DNA of 64,000 bases, from positions 2,886,880-2,950,879 of the forward strand of contig CM074810.1 of assembly GCA_037447605.1 (NCBI GenBank). The letters are read 5' to 3'. Positions 46,001 to 59,480 of the stretch are shown piece by piece. Source of the DNA: Zygnema circumcarinatum SAG 698-1b. Taxonomy: Eukaryota; Plantae; Zygnematophyceae. The notes under the pieces are model-generated. The model made no database searches. It was not told the DNA's origin and saw only the letters and a list, made by a program, of their open reading frames with translations. Made by a program: the position numbers and the translations under genes. The stretch's first letter is position 1. The number at the start of each line of letters is the position of its first letter.

Positions 46001-49000
46001 CCCGTAAATGATTCTGTTTAGAGAACGTGTGGAGACAGGATATGAATATGTTATTCCACAATGTCTTTTGACATAGAGAAAATGGAAAATGGAAAGTGGA
46101 AAGTGGGAAAGAGTCAAAGAAGGTTGAGATAGGAGAGAAGGAGGGTAGATCTGAAGGAAGGAGAGTGAGGAAGAATCAGAGAGACCGAGTTAAAGGAGGA
46201 AGAGTTTGAATGATGGCAAGAAATGCGAAAAGAGGAAGAAAGGTAGGAGGTGCGGAGTAGTAGCAGAATATGAGAGACATTCATCTACACCCTATGCTGC
46301 ACTTGAAATTTCTCCTTATATACTCATATACTCATATACTCTTCTCATTCTTCTTTAATGGACTGACGCAAATGAACCGGAACTTGATATATGTGTGCAG
46401 GCAAGAGCTAATGTGTGGGTAAAAGCCATCTTCCTCAGCCCCCAAATAATTCCTCCTTCAGCGAACCCTCCGCGGGTCGGCGCAGTCCGAAGGAATGGAA
46501 ACACTCCGATGGGAGTGAACATGAGCATTTGGAGTCTGGATAGGAAGTTCGTGCTGGCAGCCATGACTGGTAATTTAAACTAAAAAAAAAAAAAGGGAAA
46601 ACTAAAAAAACAAAATTTAAACAAATGTGCTGAAGGGGAAACTGGCCCTTTTTTAAGGCCTCTTTAGGCCCTTCCTTCAGGTCTTTTAGACCTTCCTTAA
46701 AGCCATTTTCTAAGGCATTTTCTTCCTAAGGTCATTTTCCGAAGGCCACTTTCTAGGGCCTTTACTTATATGGCCCTTTTAGGCCCCTTTTTTTTTGTGG
46801 ACGGAAGGGGGGCGAGTAGGTCATTAGATTCTTTTACTTTTATCCATTCTTTTTCTTTACATTTTTCAAGACCTATGGGAAAAGCAGGGAGCTGTCAAAT
46901 ATTTTAGGGGGCAATGCAAGGTGCAATTTTGCTCGAAATTAATCGGATCTAAATTAATTTGTTTTGCTAGTGTGATTCAATGGAAAGGAATATGCACGCT
47001 TGAGAATTGACTCATCTTGTGTGGAAATTTGTCCATTGCAGATTGCAGAATTTGTGTGTGGAAAGGAGATGGAGAGCAGCCCATTCTTATGCACTCTTTG
47101 TGGGGACATGAAAAGCAGGTGAGCACTAGTAATAATAGAAATACTGAATAGAAATAGTAATAATAACAGTACTAATAATAATAATCTAATCTGCTAAGTA
47201 ATAGTAATCAATCTCTCACTCTCTCTCTCTCTCTCCCTTTCTCTCTCTCTCTTATGTGGACTACTGGTATTTGCTCAGCCAGTGCCCTATTTTGCGAGAA
47301 ATGGAAATATGTTGAAGGATGAGTGTGCTCAAATAAGGGCTGAATACCTAGTAAGAGACGACGAATGTTGGGCTTTTTTTGGGCAATTTATTGTCCATTA
47401 TGGGCCCAACCTTTTGTAGAAATCAACTAAAAGAGGTAGAGAGCATGTTAGGATAGAATGACAGTATCTAGTTGACCTTTAGCGGATATTAAGTCTCATG
47501 AAAAGTGTTATTTTCAAGCGGTTTTTTTGCTTTGTTTTTTTTCTGCAGGTTTATGTGCTTGATGTGCATCCGAGAGACCCGCGGATGGCGATGAGTGCGG
47601 GCTATGATGGGCTCGTTATAATATGGGACATTTGGAGAGGAGAGGCTCTCAAAATTTTCAAAGATATCACCACTTATGAACTTGTAGATGGCCATTTTTC
47701 ACCGTACGGGCCCCAAAGCTCCCCTCAATTGGTTAACCATCTACAACGATTGATAGAATCATCTATAATTTTTTAAAAGACTAAATTCTTTAAGAATCTG
47801 AGTATCATATCTTTGACCCTGTAATTTTCCCCTTATTTATGGTGTTAAAATTTTCCATTTTTCTGTTTATGTGGGGTGGGTATGCAGGGATGGAACATCA
47901 CTCGTGGTTTCGGACGAAGTAGGGCAAGTCTATTACTTCTCTTTGGAGAGTGCTGAGCGGTGGAAACATGCTCAGTTTGACCAGGTTTGTGTTAAAAATA
48001 AACTGTTCTATGATAAAAACCCTAAATTTCATAAGCGTCATCATATCTATCACTGTGCTGGGCTCTACCAAAATCACAGTACGCTTCATTACGAATTAGG
48101 ATGCCTCTCCCCTCCTTAGTTTTTTCCTCCCCCTCGCCCTCTCTTAAACGTTTACTACCCCCACCTCTCCTTTCTCTCCTCTCCTCTCCTATTCGTGTTT
48201 ATCTCCTTGCAAATGTTGAAGTTAGGAGAAATTCAGAAAATCAAGTCAAAGAAAATTCTCTTACTGCTCGTTTTTGAATCACGTTGATGGCGGCAATAAA
48301 ATTCAAGGAGTCGAGGACTCCAAAGTGATGAAATGTTTATTGATCTTGCATGTTTATAATTATGCTTATGTTATTCGTTCGTCGACCTTCTATTTGGTTC
48401 ACTGTAGTCATTAAAGAATCCACCTGAGGTGACTAACTTCAATCTCATTCTTCATATTTTTTCCTGATTCAGTTCTTCCTCGGGGATTATCGGCCTATCA
48501 GTCACGACATTCACAACAATGTGGTCGACCAGGTAACTATTTCTGCAAAGAAAATGGGAGTTTTCTCTCTATTTTTATCGCCAAACCTAGACTCCGCAAA
48601 CCTAGACCGCGCAGTTTCTGAGAAAAGATGGAAAAGAAGGGAAGTATTTGAGTGTTTACATTGCATATAGATAGAGTAGTGATTCTTTTTGGCTTAATTT
48701 TGATGCGAAGGTGATGACATTCGTTGGGTGTTGAATGAGCCGGATTCACATTTTGCAGGAAACTCAACTTCCATCTCATGAGCGGAACTTGCGCGATTTA
48801 CTTTGTGATGCAAGTAAGTGGCCCATTCATTCATGAATGGTTTTGAGTTGCATGCGAGTAGAGAGAGGTAGAGAGGAGATAGGAGATAAGTAGAGAGAGG
48901 GATAGAGAGGAGAGTAGAGTGGAGATAGGGGAAGACAAGGGGAGAAAAGAGAGTGGCGATGAGAGGTGGAGGAGGAGAGAAGATGTGTTAATGTTTCATT

Positions 49001-52000
49001 GTTGGGCAACCTGTTTTATCTCAGAGAAATGTGGAAAATTCAGTACCATGTATAGGCCTCTGTCTCTGGTCACTTTCTTCCGCTAAAAGGCTATCTCTTA
49101 CTCATCCTTATGCCCATCAATGCCTTTATGTTAAACTCCATATATGCTATTATTTTTGCAGGCATGATTCCTTACCAGGAACCTTTACAAAGTCAATATC
49201 AGCTCCGGCGACTTGCTGCTTTAGGGCTGCAATGGGAGCCTCCTGTTAGACAGCTAGAATGGGGAATAGAAGACTTTCCTCAAGTTCAGGCCCCAATACT
49301 TAATCCCATACCTGCATTGCTGAATTTCCCACCTGTGAGAGAGGAACAGAGAAGGAATGAGATGCAGACTGAGAGAGGGAGGAATGCAGGTGAAGGAGGA
49401 AGCGGTGCAGTAGCTTTTCAGCCTCAGAATGAGATTGCCCCTCAAGAAGGGAACGGAAGAGAGGTTGGGAGGAGGCACAACCCTACTCATGCACTTGAAG
49501 GGAGGGAGGAAGAGAACAGAGGAGAGAGGGAGAAGACTCCAGACTCTTCGGAGTATAGTGCCAGTGATGAAGAGAGCGATGAGGAGGAGGAGGAAGAGGA
49601 GGAAGAGGAGGAGGAGGAGGAGGTGGTGGAGGGGGCTGTTCCGGGAGAGAGAGTGGGAGGGCGTCCAGTAAGGCGTGTAAGAAGGCGTCGTCATCGATTT
49701 TCTAGCAGTGGAGAGGAGGAGGGAAATAGCGATGGGAGTGATGATATGGGAGGAGTAAAACGGGTCCGGCGAGTCTCAAGGAGAGTACAAGCTCTGGAGG
49801 TGAGCAGGCTTACTGGTGTTTAAGCACTAATTCTGTCGAAAAAGCACAAATCATATATACTATTAGTATATCATTGCCACTCGTTGAAGTGTGCAAACTG
49901 TCCTTTTGTAATCATTGAAGATGCAATAGCAGGAGGTAGATAGGTTTGTTTAGGAATGCATTCATTCCTTCCTTGTTTCTTTAGACAATTCTTGAAACCC
50001 GAAACATTAAAAAAAAAAGCTCTAAAACAAAATTCACTTGAATAAGGCTATTCTCTTACTGTTTGGAAGCAGGAGGAGAGTCAGAGCCGGCGTGTTACCC
50101 GGCTCCGAAAAAGACTTCCTGCAGCAAATCCGGAGTATGAGAGTGGGAGAGGCGAAAAGAGGAGCTGTCCTGCAGGTAGGAGCCCAACAAGACAAAGCAG
50201 AAGATTGCTAAGAGAAGATGCCGTCGATGCAAACAGAAGCAGGAGGCCTCAAAGGCAGGCTGCGAGGCAAGCTTTAGAGTGGATGAAAACAAATGAGGAT
50301 GTAGTAGCATCACTAGAGGAGGTAGTGAAGAGGAGAAGGAGAGGAAACGAGGGAGGAAGGGCTAGTGGGAGAGGTCAAGGAGGGTGGGGGGCTACGGGGA
50401 ACAGTTCAGAGAATGAAGGAAATGAGTATGAGGAAGGAGCAAATAGAATGCAGCTGAGGTGGGAGGGACTTAGGAGAGAGAGTGGAGTGGAGGTAGCTGC
50501 TGTGGGTATTGGAGAGGAGAGAGGGATGGATTATCAAGAAGGGAAGAGAGGTTTGGATTCTGAGAATCAATTGCACCAAAATGAGTTGCAACTCCCGGAG
50601 AAAATGGCTGACGGGAATTCAGAGAGGCCAGCAGCAAGGCAGGGATCACCTTCAAAACCCAAAAAATTAGCAATTAAACTTAAGAAGCATGCTGTTGGAG
50701 AGAGTTCCCAAAAGCAAGATATCCGAGATGGAAGCGATCAAGACAAGCAGGTAAGAGACCTTAGCTTCTTAAACGAAAGCGGTGGTCAAATATCTTTTGG
50801 AGAAGTGGAAGACAAAGGGGTGCTAAATCAGCAAGGAATTCCATCTAAAGAAGTCAAAGAAAGAAATGACAATGAAGTTCCTGAACCCCGAGCCCGACTT
50901 TTGGTGAAACTATCTATAGCCTCAGGAAGTCAGCATAGGAAGAGTGAGACAGGAAAGAGCGGTGGTGACAGTTTGATTAGAAACTTTTGGGAGGGGCAGG
51001 AGGGGGAGAGGTCTGGGAGGGAGGGAAGGGAGAGGGAGGAGAGGGAAGGAGCGGAGGGAGTGAGAGGAACGAGAATTTCTCAAGGAGTGAATCGTCAAGG
51101 AGAGGTGGGGTTTGATACAAGGAAGAAGAGAAAGCAGGAGGAAGGTGGGACCCGTGATATTGGGGCTACATTGAATTTTGAGATGCCTTTTGATGGTACA
51201 GAATGTGATTTGGCGGTGAAGGTTGAAAGCGGAAATGTAAGGGGAAGATATATAAAGGGCGAAAGGAGTGATGTTGAGGATGCAACTTATGTTGAAAGAT
51301 GGGGAAGAAGTGATTTAGAGGGAGACGCTATGCTAGGAAATGGCCCTGCTCTTCGAATACATTCAGGGGAAACAGAGATGCAGAAAGAAAGAGGGCAAGA
51401 TAGAGGGGGAAGCAGAAGTCAAGAGAAGGGAAAAATGAAGGTTATCGACCAATCTAAGGAGATCTATGCAGGAGAGAGTGAATTTATAGAGAAGAGACGA
51501 GGGGAATGTGATGCAAATGGAAGAACAGATGGTGAAGGGGAAGTGAATAATGGAGAGTCAAAGATAGGCCAGGAAGGGAAGAAAAGCGAAGTGGAGGTGG
51601 ATATGATGACGAAAAGGGACGAGGACGACGAGGAGGAAGGAGAGGAGGACGACTTACGCTTTAAAAGAAGGGAGTTGAGTTTTGTAAAGGTGGAGAAAGG
51701 AAAGATGAGAGAGGCGGAAGTTCTGGTGGAAACTGCATGCGGAAGCAGAAATAGTGAAGCGGCAGATAAAGCATATACAGGGTGGGGGAGGAAGGGAGAG
51801 AGAGGGGGCATCAAAAAGGGAAAGGATCAAATGGAGGGAGATCCCGAGGAAGAACAGAGCATGGCGAGAGGAAGTGAGAGCTATTTATCTCCCTCGAAAA
51901 TGAGAGGGTCAGGTGAGAGAGATGGTCTGAACTGCAAAAGTGCGTATAAATGGGAGGAGAGTGTGAATGCATTTCATGGTACTTCAAGCCAGCCTGTCCA

Positions 52001-55000
52001 AGGGGGAAAAGATGAAGAGGATCAAGAAGCTAAGAAACAATACAGAAGAAGACAGCAGCTAATGAGTAATTTAACTTTAGAGTCCGTCAGAACACAGGTA
52101 AAGTCACAGATGGAAGAGGGAAAGGAAGAATTGAGAGAGTTTGTGGGGTCTAAGGGTAGTGTGGGAGGGGGCTATCCCAAGGGGGTAGTTCTCTCGCCAC
52201 AGGAATCAGAAGGGAGCAAAAGCAGAGAGAGTTCACAAGGTAAAGCGAGCTGTACAGAAATCCTCATTCATGGTGCTGCATTGGAGAATAGCCAGAATGA
52301 GGGGAGGAGGAATGAGAAGCAGGAGGATGCAGGAGAGCTGAATAGTATGCAAGAGCAATCAGCATATGGGTCTGGAGGGGGAGAGTCCGTTAGGAAGACA
52401 AGGGGACAAACTAAGGGTCTAGGAGGGGCAACATCAGGAAAAGAAATTACTAAACCGGTTGCGGGAAGCAAGAGGAACAGGGAAGAAGAAATGGAAGTTG
52501 GGGAGGAGGATGAGAAGATACTGGGAAAGAGGAGGAGAGTGGTATATGTGGGACAAGTGCATGGAAGTGATGAGAAGATGCATAGTCCCAAAGCTTCGAA
52601 ATGGAAGGAGGCGCAGAAGTCTCCAACCGGAAAGGGAGGGGGGTCGACAGAGAGAGCCTCTCGAAAGAACTCTTTGAAAGGGGGGGCGAGAACACCAAAG
52701 AGTGTGGCTTGGCTGATGAATACTGAGAGAGACGAGGGACAGTACGTACCGCAATTGGGAGATCGGGTTGCCTACATTCGCCGAGTAAGTTCCAGGAACC
52801 TGAAAATTTAAAAATCGTTTATCTCAATCTCTCTCTCTCTCTCTCCCTCTCTCTCTCTCCCTCTCACCCTCTGCTGCCTCTCCCCTCCAATCCCTTCGTT
52901 CTTTGTTTTTTTTATTTATCGGCTTGACCCGCAGAAAAATTCTCGCCCACCAACCCCCCCTCTCTCTGTCTCTCTCTCGCTCTCTCTCCCCCTCTCTCTC
53001 TCTCTCTTTCCCCCCCATTCCGTTCTCATGCTCGCCCACCAGCTCTCTCGCCCCCGCATCTCCCACCCTCTCCACCACCACCCTCTCTCTCTTCCCTCAG
53101 TCAGAAACCCACCTGTCAGTATATGCATGACAGGGGCATGAAGAGTATCTCCGGAACGAGGAGGCAAGCGAGGAGGAGAAGAAGTTTGTTCCGTCAACAA
53201 TGCTCACTAATCAAATAAAGCCGGTGGAATTCTGCTCAGTAGTGGGTCTCGATTATCTCATTCTCCAAGATAAGGGCTCCCAAACCGCATGTAAATTAGA
53301 CCTTAAAGTTGACGATCCCACGTCTCACAACTATGGCAGAACTTTTCAAATTCTGCTGTCGGATATGTCCGGCTCGTCCGACTTTCTTGTGCTTAAGGGG
53401 CGATATGATGCAGCCATGGAGTGCAAATGGAATCCACAAGACATTTGCATGGTAAGGATGTGCTGCTCAGAATTTCTCTCTCTTCTCCCTCTCCCTCAGT
53501 CTCTCCCGGCTGCCTCTGTATCTTTCCTTTCCTTCGCTCTTCCTTTTCTCAGTCCCATTTCTCCCCCCCCTCTGCTTCTCGAAACTGCCTCTATCTAGTC
53601 TACTCTCTCTCCCTCGTCCTCTTCCTCAATTTCTCCCAGTTGTCTCTAAGTCCCTTGTTCTCCTTCTCGTCTTCAACTTCGCCATCTCTCCCTCCCTCCC
53701 CCTCGGCTTCTCCCCCGCTGCCTTTGCCCCTTTCGCTTCCTCTCCCCCCTCCTTCCTCAGTCTTGTCCAGTTGTCTCTGTGTTTCTTTCCTCGGACGTCA
53801 TACTCTCCCCTCCCTCTCCCATCTCACTCGCCCACTCCCTCAACTGTCTCTGTCTCTTTCTCTCCCTCTCCATTTTCTCCCTCTCCCCCTCCCTCTCCTA
53901 TCTCCCTGCTGTCTTTATGTCACTTTCTCTCCCTCTTTATTCTCTCTCTCCGCCTCCCTCTCCTATGTCCTTCTCCCACTCTTCCAGCTGTCCCTTTGTC
54001 CCTTTCTCTCCCTCTTCATTTTTTCCCACTCCTTCTCCCTCATTTTCCTCTCTCTCCCTCTCCCACTTCCTTTCTCTCTACCTTCCCTTGCATTTCAGTT
54101 GTTTCAGCCCGAGTGTTAGTGCTTTTTTCAGGTATGGTGGGCGGGAGGAAATGGAAGTCGGGGAAAGCTTTGGCCCGGAACTGTGAAGCACTGTAAGAAA
54201 GCGATGAGGACGGATGGGATCTGGGAAAGGTGAGTTTTGAGAGATTTTGTAATTTTTTTTTTTCCTTTTTTATTTGAACTTAATCCTTTAGGGGGTTTTG
54301 GATTTTGAGAGTTAAGGTTGAGGACTCAACTAGAAAGGCATATACTTCAAACTGTGGAAGCAGAAAGCACACGGGTGGGAAGTTGTAATCACTGAAGTAG
54401 CATAAAGATAACAAAAAAAAGTGGAGAGAGAGAGAGATTGAGAGTGAGAAGAAATACGTACAGAGAGAGAAGAGATCACGCTTTCAAATCTGTTCTAAAT
54501 TCACCCCCAGCTCATGTCTTTTCCCACAAATAGAGGCTGTTGTTGGAGACGTGAATTTTTCGAACGGAGGTAATCTGTTGTTGACAACCCCCCCCCCCCC
54601 TCCCCCACCCCTCCCCCTCCCCCCCACTCCCCCTTCCTTCATTTTTACTCATATATATATGTATTTTTTTTTTCATTTGGAGCAGCTGTTTGGTGGCCTA
54701 TGAGGACTTTGACGGTGACTTCAAGCACAGTCCGTGGGAGCTTCTTTCATGCGACTCCGAAAGCAGATGGCAGCCTCCCTCTCTTCCGGAAACTGTTCAG
54801 AAAAAGTTTTTGCGAAACCTTGATCGGATCGAGGAGTCGAGAGGGCCCGGAAAAGAGGTTCGCTTCTCGTTTTCTCTCTCTCTCTCACACACTCTCTCTC
54901 TGTGTGTCTCTCACACACACACATACACACTCTCTCTCTCTCGCGCGCTCATTTTTATTTTCTAAGTTCCTCGAAATGGCTAACGTACAAAAGTCTACTT

Positions 55001-55943
55001 ACGTGTTTTCTGTTGAGTTCGTCTCAAAGTGTATGTTGAATAGCGTTGAGCTGTGGATACTTTTGAAGATCTTGAAACATTTGATACTCCGGGCAACTCT
55101 GCAACCCCACCTCTCTCTCTCTCTCACTCTCTCTCTCTCTCTCTCCCCCACTCTTTCGCCTCCTCTGTCTATCTCCCCCTCTCTCCCCTCGCCCCCCTCG
55201 CTCCTCCGCTTTGTTCTTCCTGTCATTTGCAGACGGAGATTTTAGGGTGCTGGTTTTGGGAAGTTCTAAGGAAAGGGAAAAGGCGTCTATTGACTAAAAT
55301 TGTGTTTTGCAATTTTGAAACAGGAATGAAGGCTCAATGTGGTACAACTGAACTGATTTCCGTTCAACTGCTGTTTATGTGCAGGACGAGTTCTGTCTGG
55401 AGTGGTTTGAGAAGCCGGTGGAACGCCCCGTCTATTTGAGAAAGTGTGTTCCCTTTCCCTTCGAACAGCGCAGATGAAAAAAACACTTGCTTGGGTTTTT
55501 GTCTGTATCAAACATTTTGGGAGTTTCATGCTCCATCCCATCATGCCCAATGCCATGCCCCATACCATGCTCCATCCCATCATGCCCAATGCCATGCCTC
55601 ATGCCTCATGCCTCATGCGATGCTTCAATACCATGCTACAGACACCTTCCCATCATGCCTCATGCCATTATGCCATCATCATCATCACGCCTGATGCCAT
55701 ATCATGTCATGCCATGCCATGCCATGCCATGCGGTGCGCAGGATCGCCCTCCCCATGGCTCTCTCCACCCTCCGCGCGCGCCTTGAGAGCGCGTACTATC
55801 GCAGCGCCGAGGCGGTGGCCCACCACGCGCGCCTCATTGCGGCCAACGCGGAGGCCTACTTCGGGGCCGCCTCGCAGGAGGCCGCCAAGGCGCAGAGGCT
55901 GGTCGACCGCCTGCTGCGGGGGGTCAAGGCTCCGTCTACATGA
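40061..55943 (+). CDS. Bromodomain- and WD40-repeat protein (BRWD/PHIP-like), many exons including a 2712-nt low-complexity exon (50073-52784)
   Basis: N-terminal EVYFLVMHFL...ELLKHKLLPRRYH. WD40 motifs IKTLRGHRNAVYC, FDRSGRYLITGSDDRLVKLWS, VLDVHPRDPRMAMSAGYDG, DGTSLVVSDEVGQ. Then YVPQLGDRVAYIR, LSDMSGSSDFLV, DFKHSPWEL, and a C-terminal bromodomain (IALPMALSTLRARLESAYYRS...NAEAYFG). Confidence 0.93.
42502..43440 (+). repeat. Approx. 311-bp unit tandemly triplicated at the 5' end of a BRWD intron
   Basis: Near-identical copies with the GT of CACACT|GTAA at 42508, 42820 and 43131. Confidence 0.95.
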
Positions 55944-56803
55944 CACACTAATTTACTTATCAGTCAGTTAGGGTTTGGGAGCGGAGAGCGTCCTGCGACG
56001 TGACAGTAGAACGGACTGTACAGGAGGGTCTGATGGGTCCTCCTATAACAGTACAGCCCGTCAGTCAGTCAGTCAGTCAGAGTCAGGGTTTGGTGGAAGA
56101 GAGGGGCAAGCGGATAGTGGAGAGGGAGGCAGAGGGAGGGGTGCAGTGCTTGTGGAGAAATGGGGGTTGTAGGGACCGCTAAGCTTTCCCCGAGCATGCA
56201 CGTGCTGTTGATGGTCCGTTCATTGCCAATTACTGTAAATTGAATAGGTTGTAGCTCTACAGGTTGTGTTGGTCAAGTAGTGAGGACACCGAAACTCCAT
56301 TGAGATTGGAAGAATCAAACAAATGGCAGCACGCCACGCGTGGTTATACACACTTCGCAACGCTTGGTAATAACTTCTGACAACAGCTTCCAGGGTGAAA
56401 CAAGCGACGCGTGTTTGGCTTCAGTTCCGTTATAATCCAGGGGAGGGAGGGGAGGGAGGCAGGGGAGGGAGGGGAGGGAGTCAGGGGNNNNNNNNNNAGG
56501 GGAGGGAGGGGAGGGAGGGAGGGAGGGAAAGGAGGGAGGGGAGGGAGGGAGGGAGGGGAGGGAGGGAGGGAGGGGAGGAAGGGAGAGTGAAAGTAAATCG
56601 AAAACTGGCAGCCAATCACCATCTGCCATGTGTCGTTTGTATTATGTGGCAAATTGTGATTTGGTCCAAACTCTCAATGTACGGTATTTGGTCGACTGGC
56701 AGCATTGCCATTGCCAAACATACAAAAAAAGAAAAGTAAAAAAGTAGAAGTCTTTGGGCCCCACAATGCACTCTCAGCACATGTTCAAACACACAGCTCC
56801 AAC

Positions 56804-58000
56804 TTACATCTGTTGCGGTATCAAGTGCACTTTAAACTTGTCCATAAAAGCAGCGTTCGTAGATTTGAACAAGGACGCCAACGTAAACTTCTTGTGATCA
56901 ATTCCGGCCTCCACCAGCGTTCTGTGCCTCACCTTCAGCCGCTTCTCAAGGGAGAGCTGCAGTGTGGACGGGTACATCTGAATCTCCTCCTTGCTACGGC
57001 CCATCTCAGTCAATAGGAAGTCAATCTTGGACTTAATAGTGTCCCACGACCTGCTGAGCAGTAAGGGCTGCTCTTTCACCATTTTAAAGGCTGGAATATC
57101 CCCAAAGTGCTGCCTCAGCTGCATGTACATGTTATCCATTGTGTTCCGTGGCACTAATAATACATGTGGGTGACTTTGCAGCACTTTCAGGGCTCTCTCG
57201 GGCCCGAAAATCTCCTCCAATCCAGCCACACCATCCTTGAAGTGATGGCCCTTTTTTCTAACGATTGCGGGGAAAAGGAGGAGCACATCCTCGCCTGCCT
57301 TGTAAGGGAAGGTCGACCTCACAGCCTCAACTCCCTCCTTTATTGTTTCAGGACTGTAGCAGAGAATGTTTGGGTAGGTTTCCAGCATAGCGGCTGTGAC
57401 AGGGACGCCTAACTCCTTCCATAAACGAGCCTTTGCCTCAAGGGCCTGCACACGGTGACTCAAAATTCCCGGCATTCTTCCTATCACCTTCCCTAATTTC
57501 GTCACCTTCATAGTGTTCCGAAGGAATTCGATCACAGCTTCTTGCCTCTCATTTGGAACAAGCAGCAAGTTGCTGCGGCGCACGCTGCGCTCGAAGGCAT
57601 TGAAAAAGTCGTGGGAGTTGACCCCATGGCTTTGGAAGAAAGCTGCTTTAGGAAGAATATGCTTGTAGCCCCTTATAATGTCACTCTTCTTCTTATCAAC
57701 AATGCGGTGGACATCCTGCTGCGTGCATCCCAAGCTCAGGAGAGCATCCACTGCTTCTCGGATAGCCTTTGTCGAATCCGCAGTTTCGTCCTCAGCCATG
57801 GTAGCTTTGCCTGCATTCGCTTTGTCAAGTTTTTTTCCCACCTCACTACTGCTGCTGCTGCTGCTGCTGCTGTATCCATGGCGGCCTTGAAGGGACTGAG
57901 TGCAAGTGAGCTGTTCAAGGGATGGATTGTACCATGGTAGGCGGAAAGAAGATCTGTTCCAAACGGTCCGGCGAAGAAAAGGAAGAAAGGAGGCCGCCAT
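56804..58000 (-). CDS. mTERF-family protein, 398 aa, intronless CDS, N-terminal organellar targeting-like sequence
   Basis: Repeated mTERF motifs (IGRMPGILSHRV, LETYPNILCYSPE, LQSHPHVLLV, VKEQPLLLSRSWDTIKSKIDFL, IQMYPSTLQLSLEKRLKVRH). ATG at 58000 in GCCATGG context. Confidence 0.9.
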   Translation of the reverse strand: MAASFLPFLRRTVWNRSSFRLPWYNPSLEQLTCTQSLQGRHGYSSSSSSSSSEVGKKLDKANAGKATMAEDETADSTKAIREAVDALLSLGCTQQDVHRIVDKKKSDIIRGYKHILPKAAFFQSHGVNSHDFFNAFERSVRRSNLLLVPNERQEAVIEFLRNTMKVTKLGKVIGRMPGILSHRVQALEAKARLWKELGVPVTAAMLETYPNILCYSPETIKEGVEAVRSTFPYKAGEDVLLLFPAIVRKKGHHFKDGVAGLEEIFGPERALKVLQSHPHVLLVPRNTMDNMYMQLRQHFGDIPAFKMVKEQPLLLSRSWDTIKSKIDFLLTEMGRSKEEIQMYPSTLQLSLEKRLKVRHRTLVEAGIDHKKFTLASLFKSTNAAFMDKFKVHLIPQQM

Positions 58001-58079
58001 GGCGCGAACTTCTGAAGCCTGCGGCCGCTGATAAAGAGTCACTTACATAATTTCTTGTTGCACACGGCTTTCAGCACTC

Positions 58080-59480
58080 AACCCTAATCTTGTAGACCCA
58101 ACTTTGACTCTAACCCTTACCCTAATCCTAACCCTAACGCTAACCCTAACGCATACCCTAACCCTAACCTTGAGCATGAGCGTGACCTGACCACTTTATT
58201 ACTGTTTTGCAACAGTTGCGTAACCAATCCGCCACTTCGACTTAATGGGGAAGGGGAGGAATAACATACAGTCATACACACGACACAAGCATAAGCAAAG
58301 GAACGGGAGGCACACGCGGAGGCAAGGGAGACAAAGGCAAGGGCAACACAGTAAGGGGCAAAGGCAAGGGAGGCGAAATGCAGAATGCAGTATGCGGAAT
58401 GCGGAATGCAGAGGCGAAATGTGGAATGGGGAATTCGGAATGCGGAGTGCAGAATGCAGAATACGAAATGCATAATGCGGAATGCAGCAGCAGAAAAAGC
58501 AGCAGCAACAGCAAAAGCAACAGCAGCAATGCGGAATGCAGCAGCAAGAAAAATCAAAATAAAAAAAAACAAAAATGAATGCTGCAGCAGGAGCAGCAGC
58601 AGAAGAAAAAGCAGCAGCAGCAGCAACAGCAATGCAAATGCAGCAGCAAAAAAAAAATGACAAAAAAACAGAAATGAATTCCTGCAGCAGTAGTAACAGC
58701 AGCAGCAGCAGCAGCAATGCGGAATGCGGGATGCAGCAGCAAAAGAAAAATGAAACAAAAAACAAAAATGAATGCTGCAGTTTCTTCAACATCAGCAGCA
58801 GCAGCAACAACAGCAGCAGATAGGATAAAATATAGAGAAAAAAGGGAAGGATGAAAATGGATAAAGGATCAAGGAAATAAAATAAAAACAACAAAGAAAA
58901 AATAACAACAAATATTTGGCATATAAAGCAAAAACACAAAAACTTTGAATAAATAAAAACAGAAGAATGAATAAACACTACAAGTCGAAGAGGGGATTTG
59001 AACCCCTTTATTACTGTTTTGCAACAGTTGCGTAACCAATCCGCCACTTCGACTTAATGGGGAGGGGGAGGAATTACATACAGTCATACACACAACACAA
59101 GCATAAGCAAAGGAACGAGAGGCACAAGCAGAGGCAAGGGAGACAAAGGCAAGGGCAACACACCAAGGGACAAGGCAAGGGAGGCTGGGCCAGGGGCAAG
59201 GGAGCCAAAATGCAGAATACAGAATGCCGAATGCGGAATGCAGAATGCGGAATGCCGAATGCCGAATGACGAATGCGGAATACATAATGCGGAATGCGGG
59301 ATGCGGGATGCGGAATGCAAAATGCGGAATGCGGAGGAATGCAGCAGCAAAAAAAAAAATGAATGAATGCTGCAGCAGCCATTCATTCATTCATTTGCTG
59401 AGCAGCAGCCGCAAAAGCAGCAGCAGTAGGAGCAGCAACAGCACAGCAACAGCAGCAACAGCACAGCAACAGCAGCAGCA
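58080..59480. repeat. TAACCC telomere-like tract (58080-58170) followed by an ~810-bp tandem duplication rich in GAATGC(G) and CAG microsatellites
   Basis: A unique ~200-bp block starting TTTATTACTGTTTTGCAACAGTTGCG occurs at about 58196 and 59008. Confidence 0.88.

Noticed and set aside
50205-52811. 868-aa ORF as a stand-alone gene
   Set aside because: It begins at TTG, is bounded by in-frame AG/GT sites (50073-52784), and ends in the YVPQLGD motif of the surrounding BRWD gene, so it is an internal exon.
58080-58170. True telomere or chromosome end
   Set aside because: Short, degenerate and flanked by genes on both sides; interstitial.
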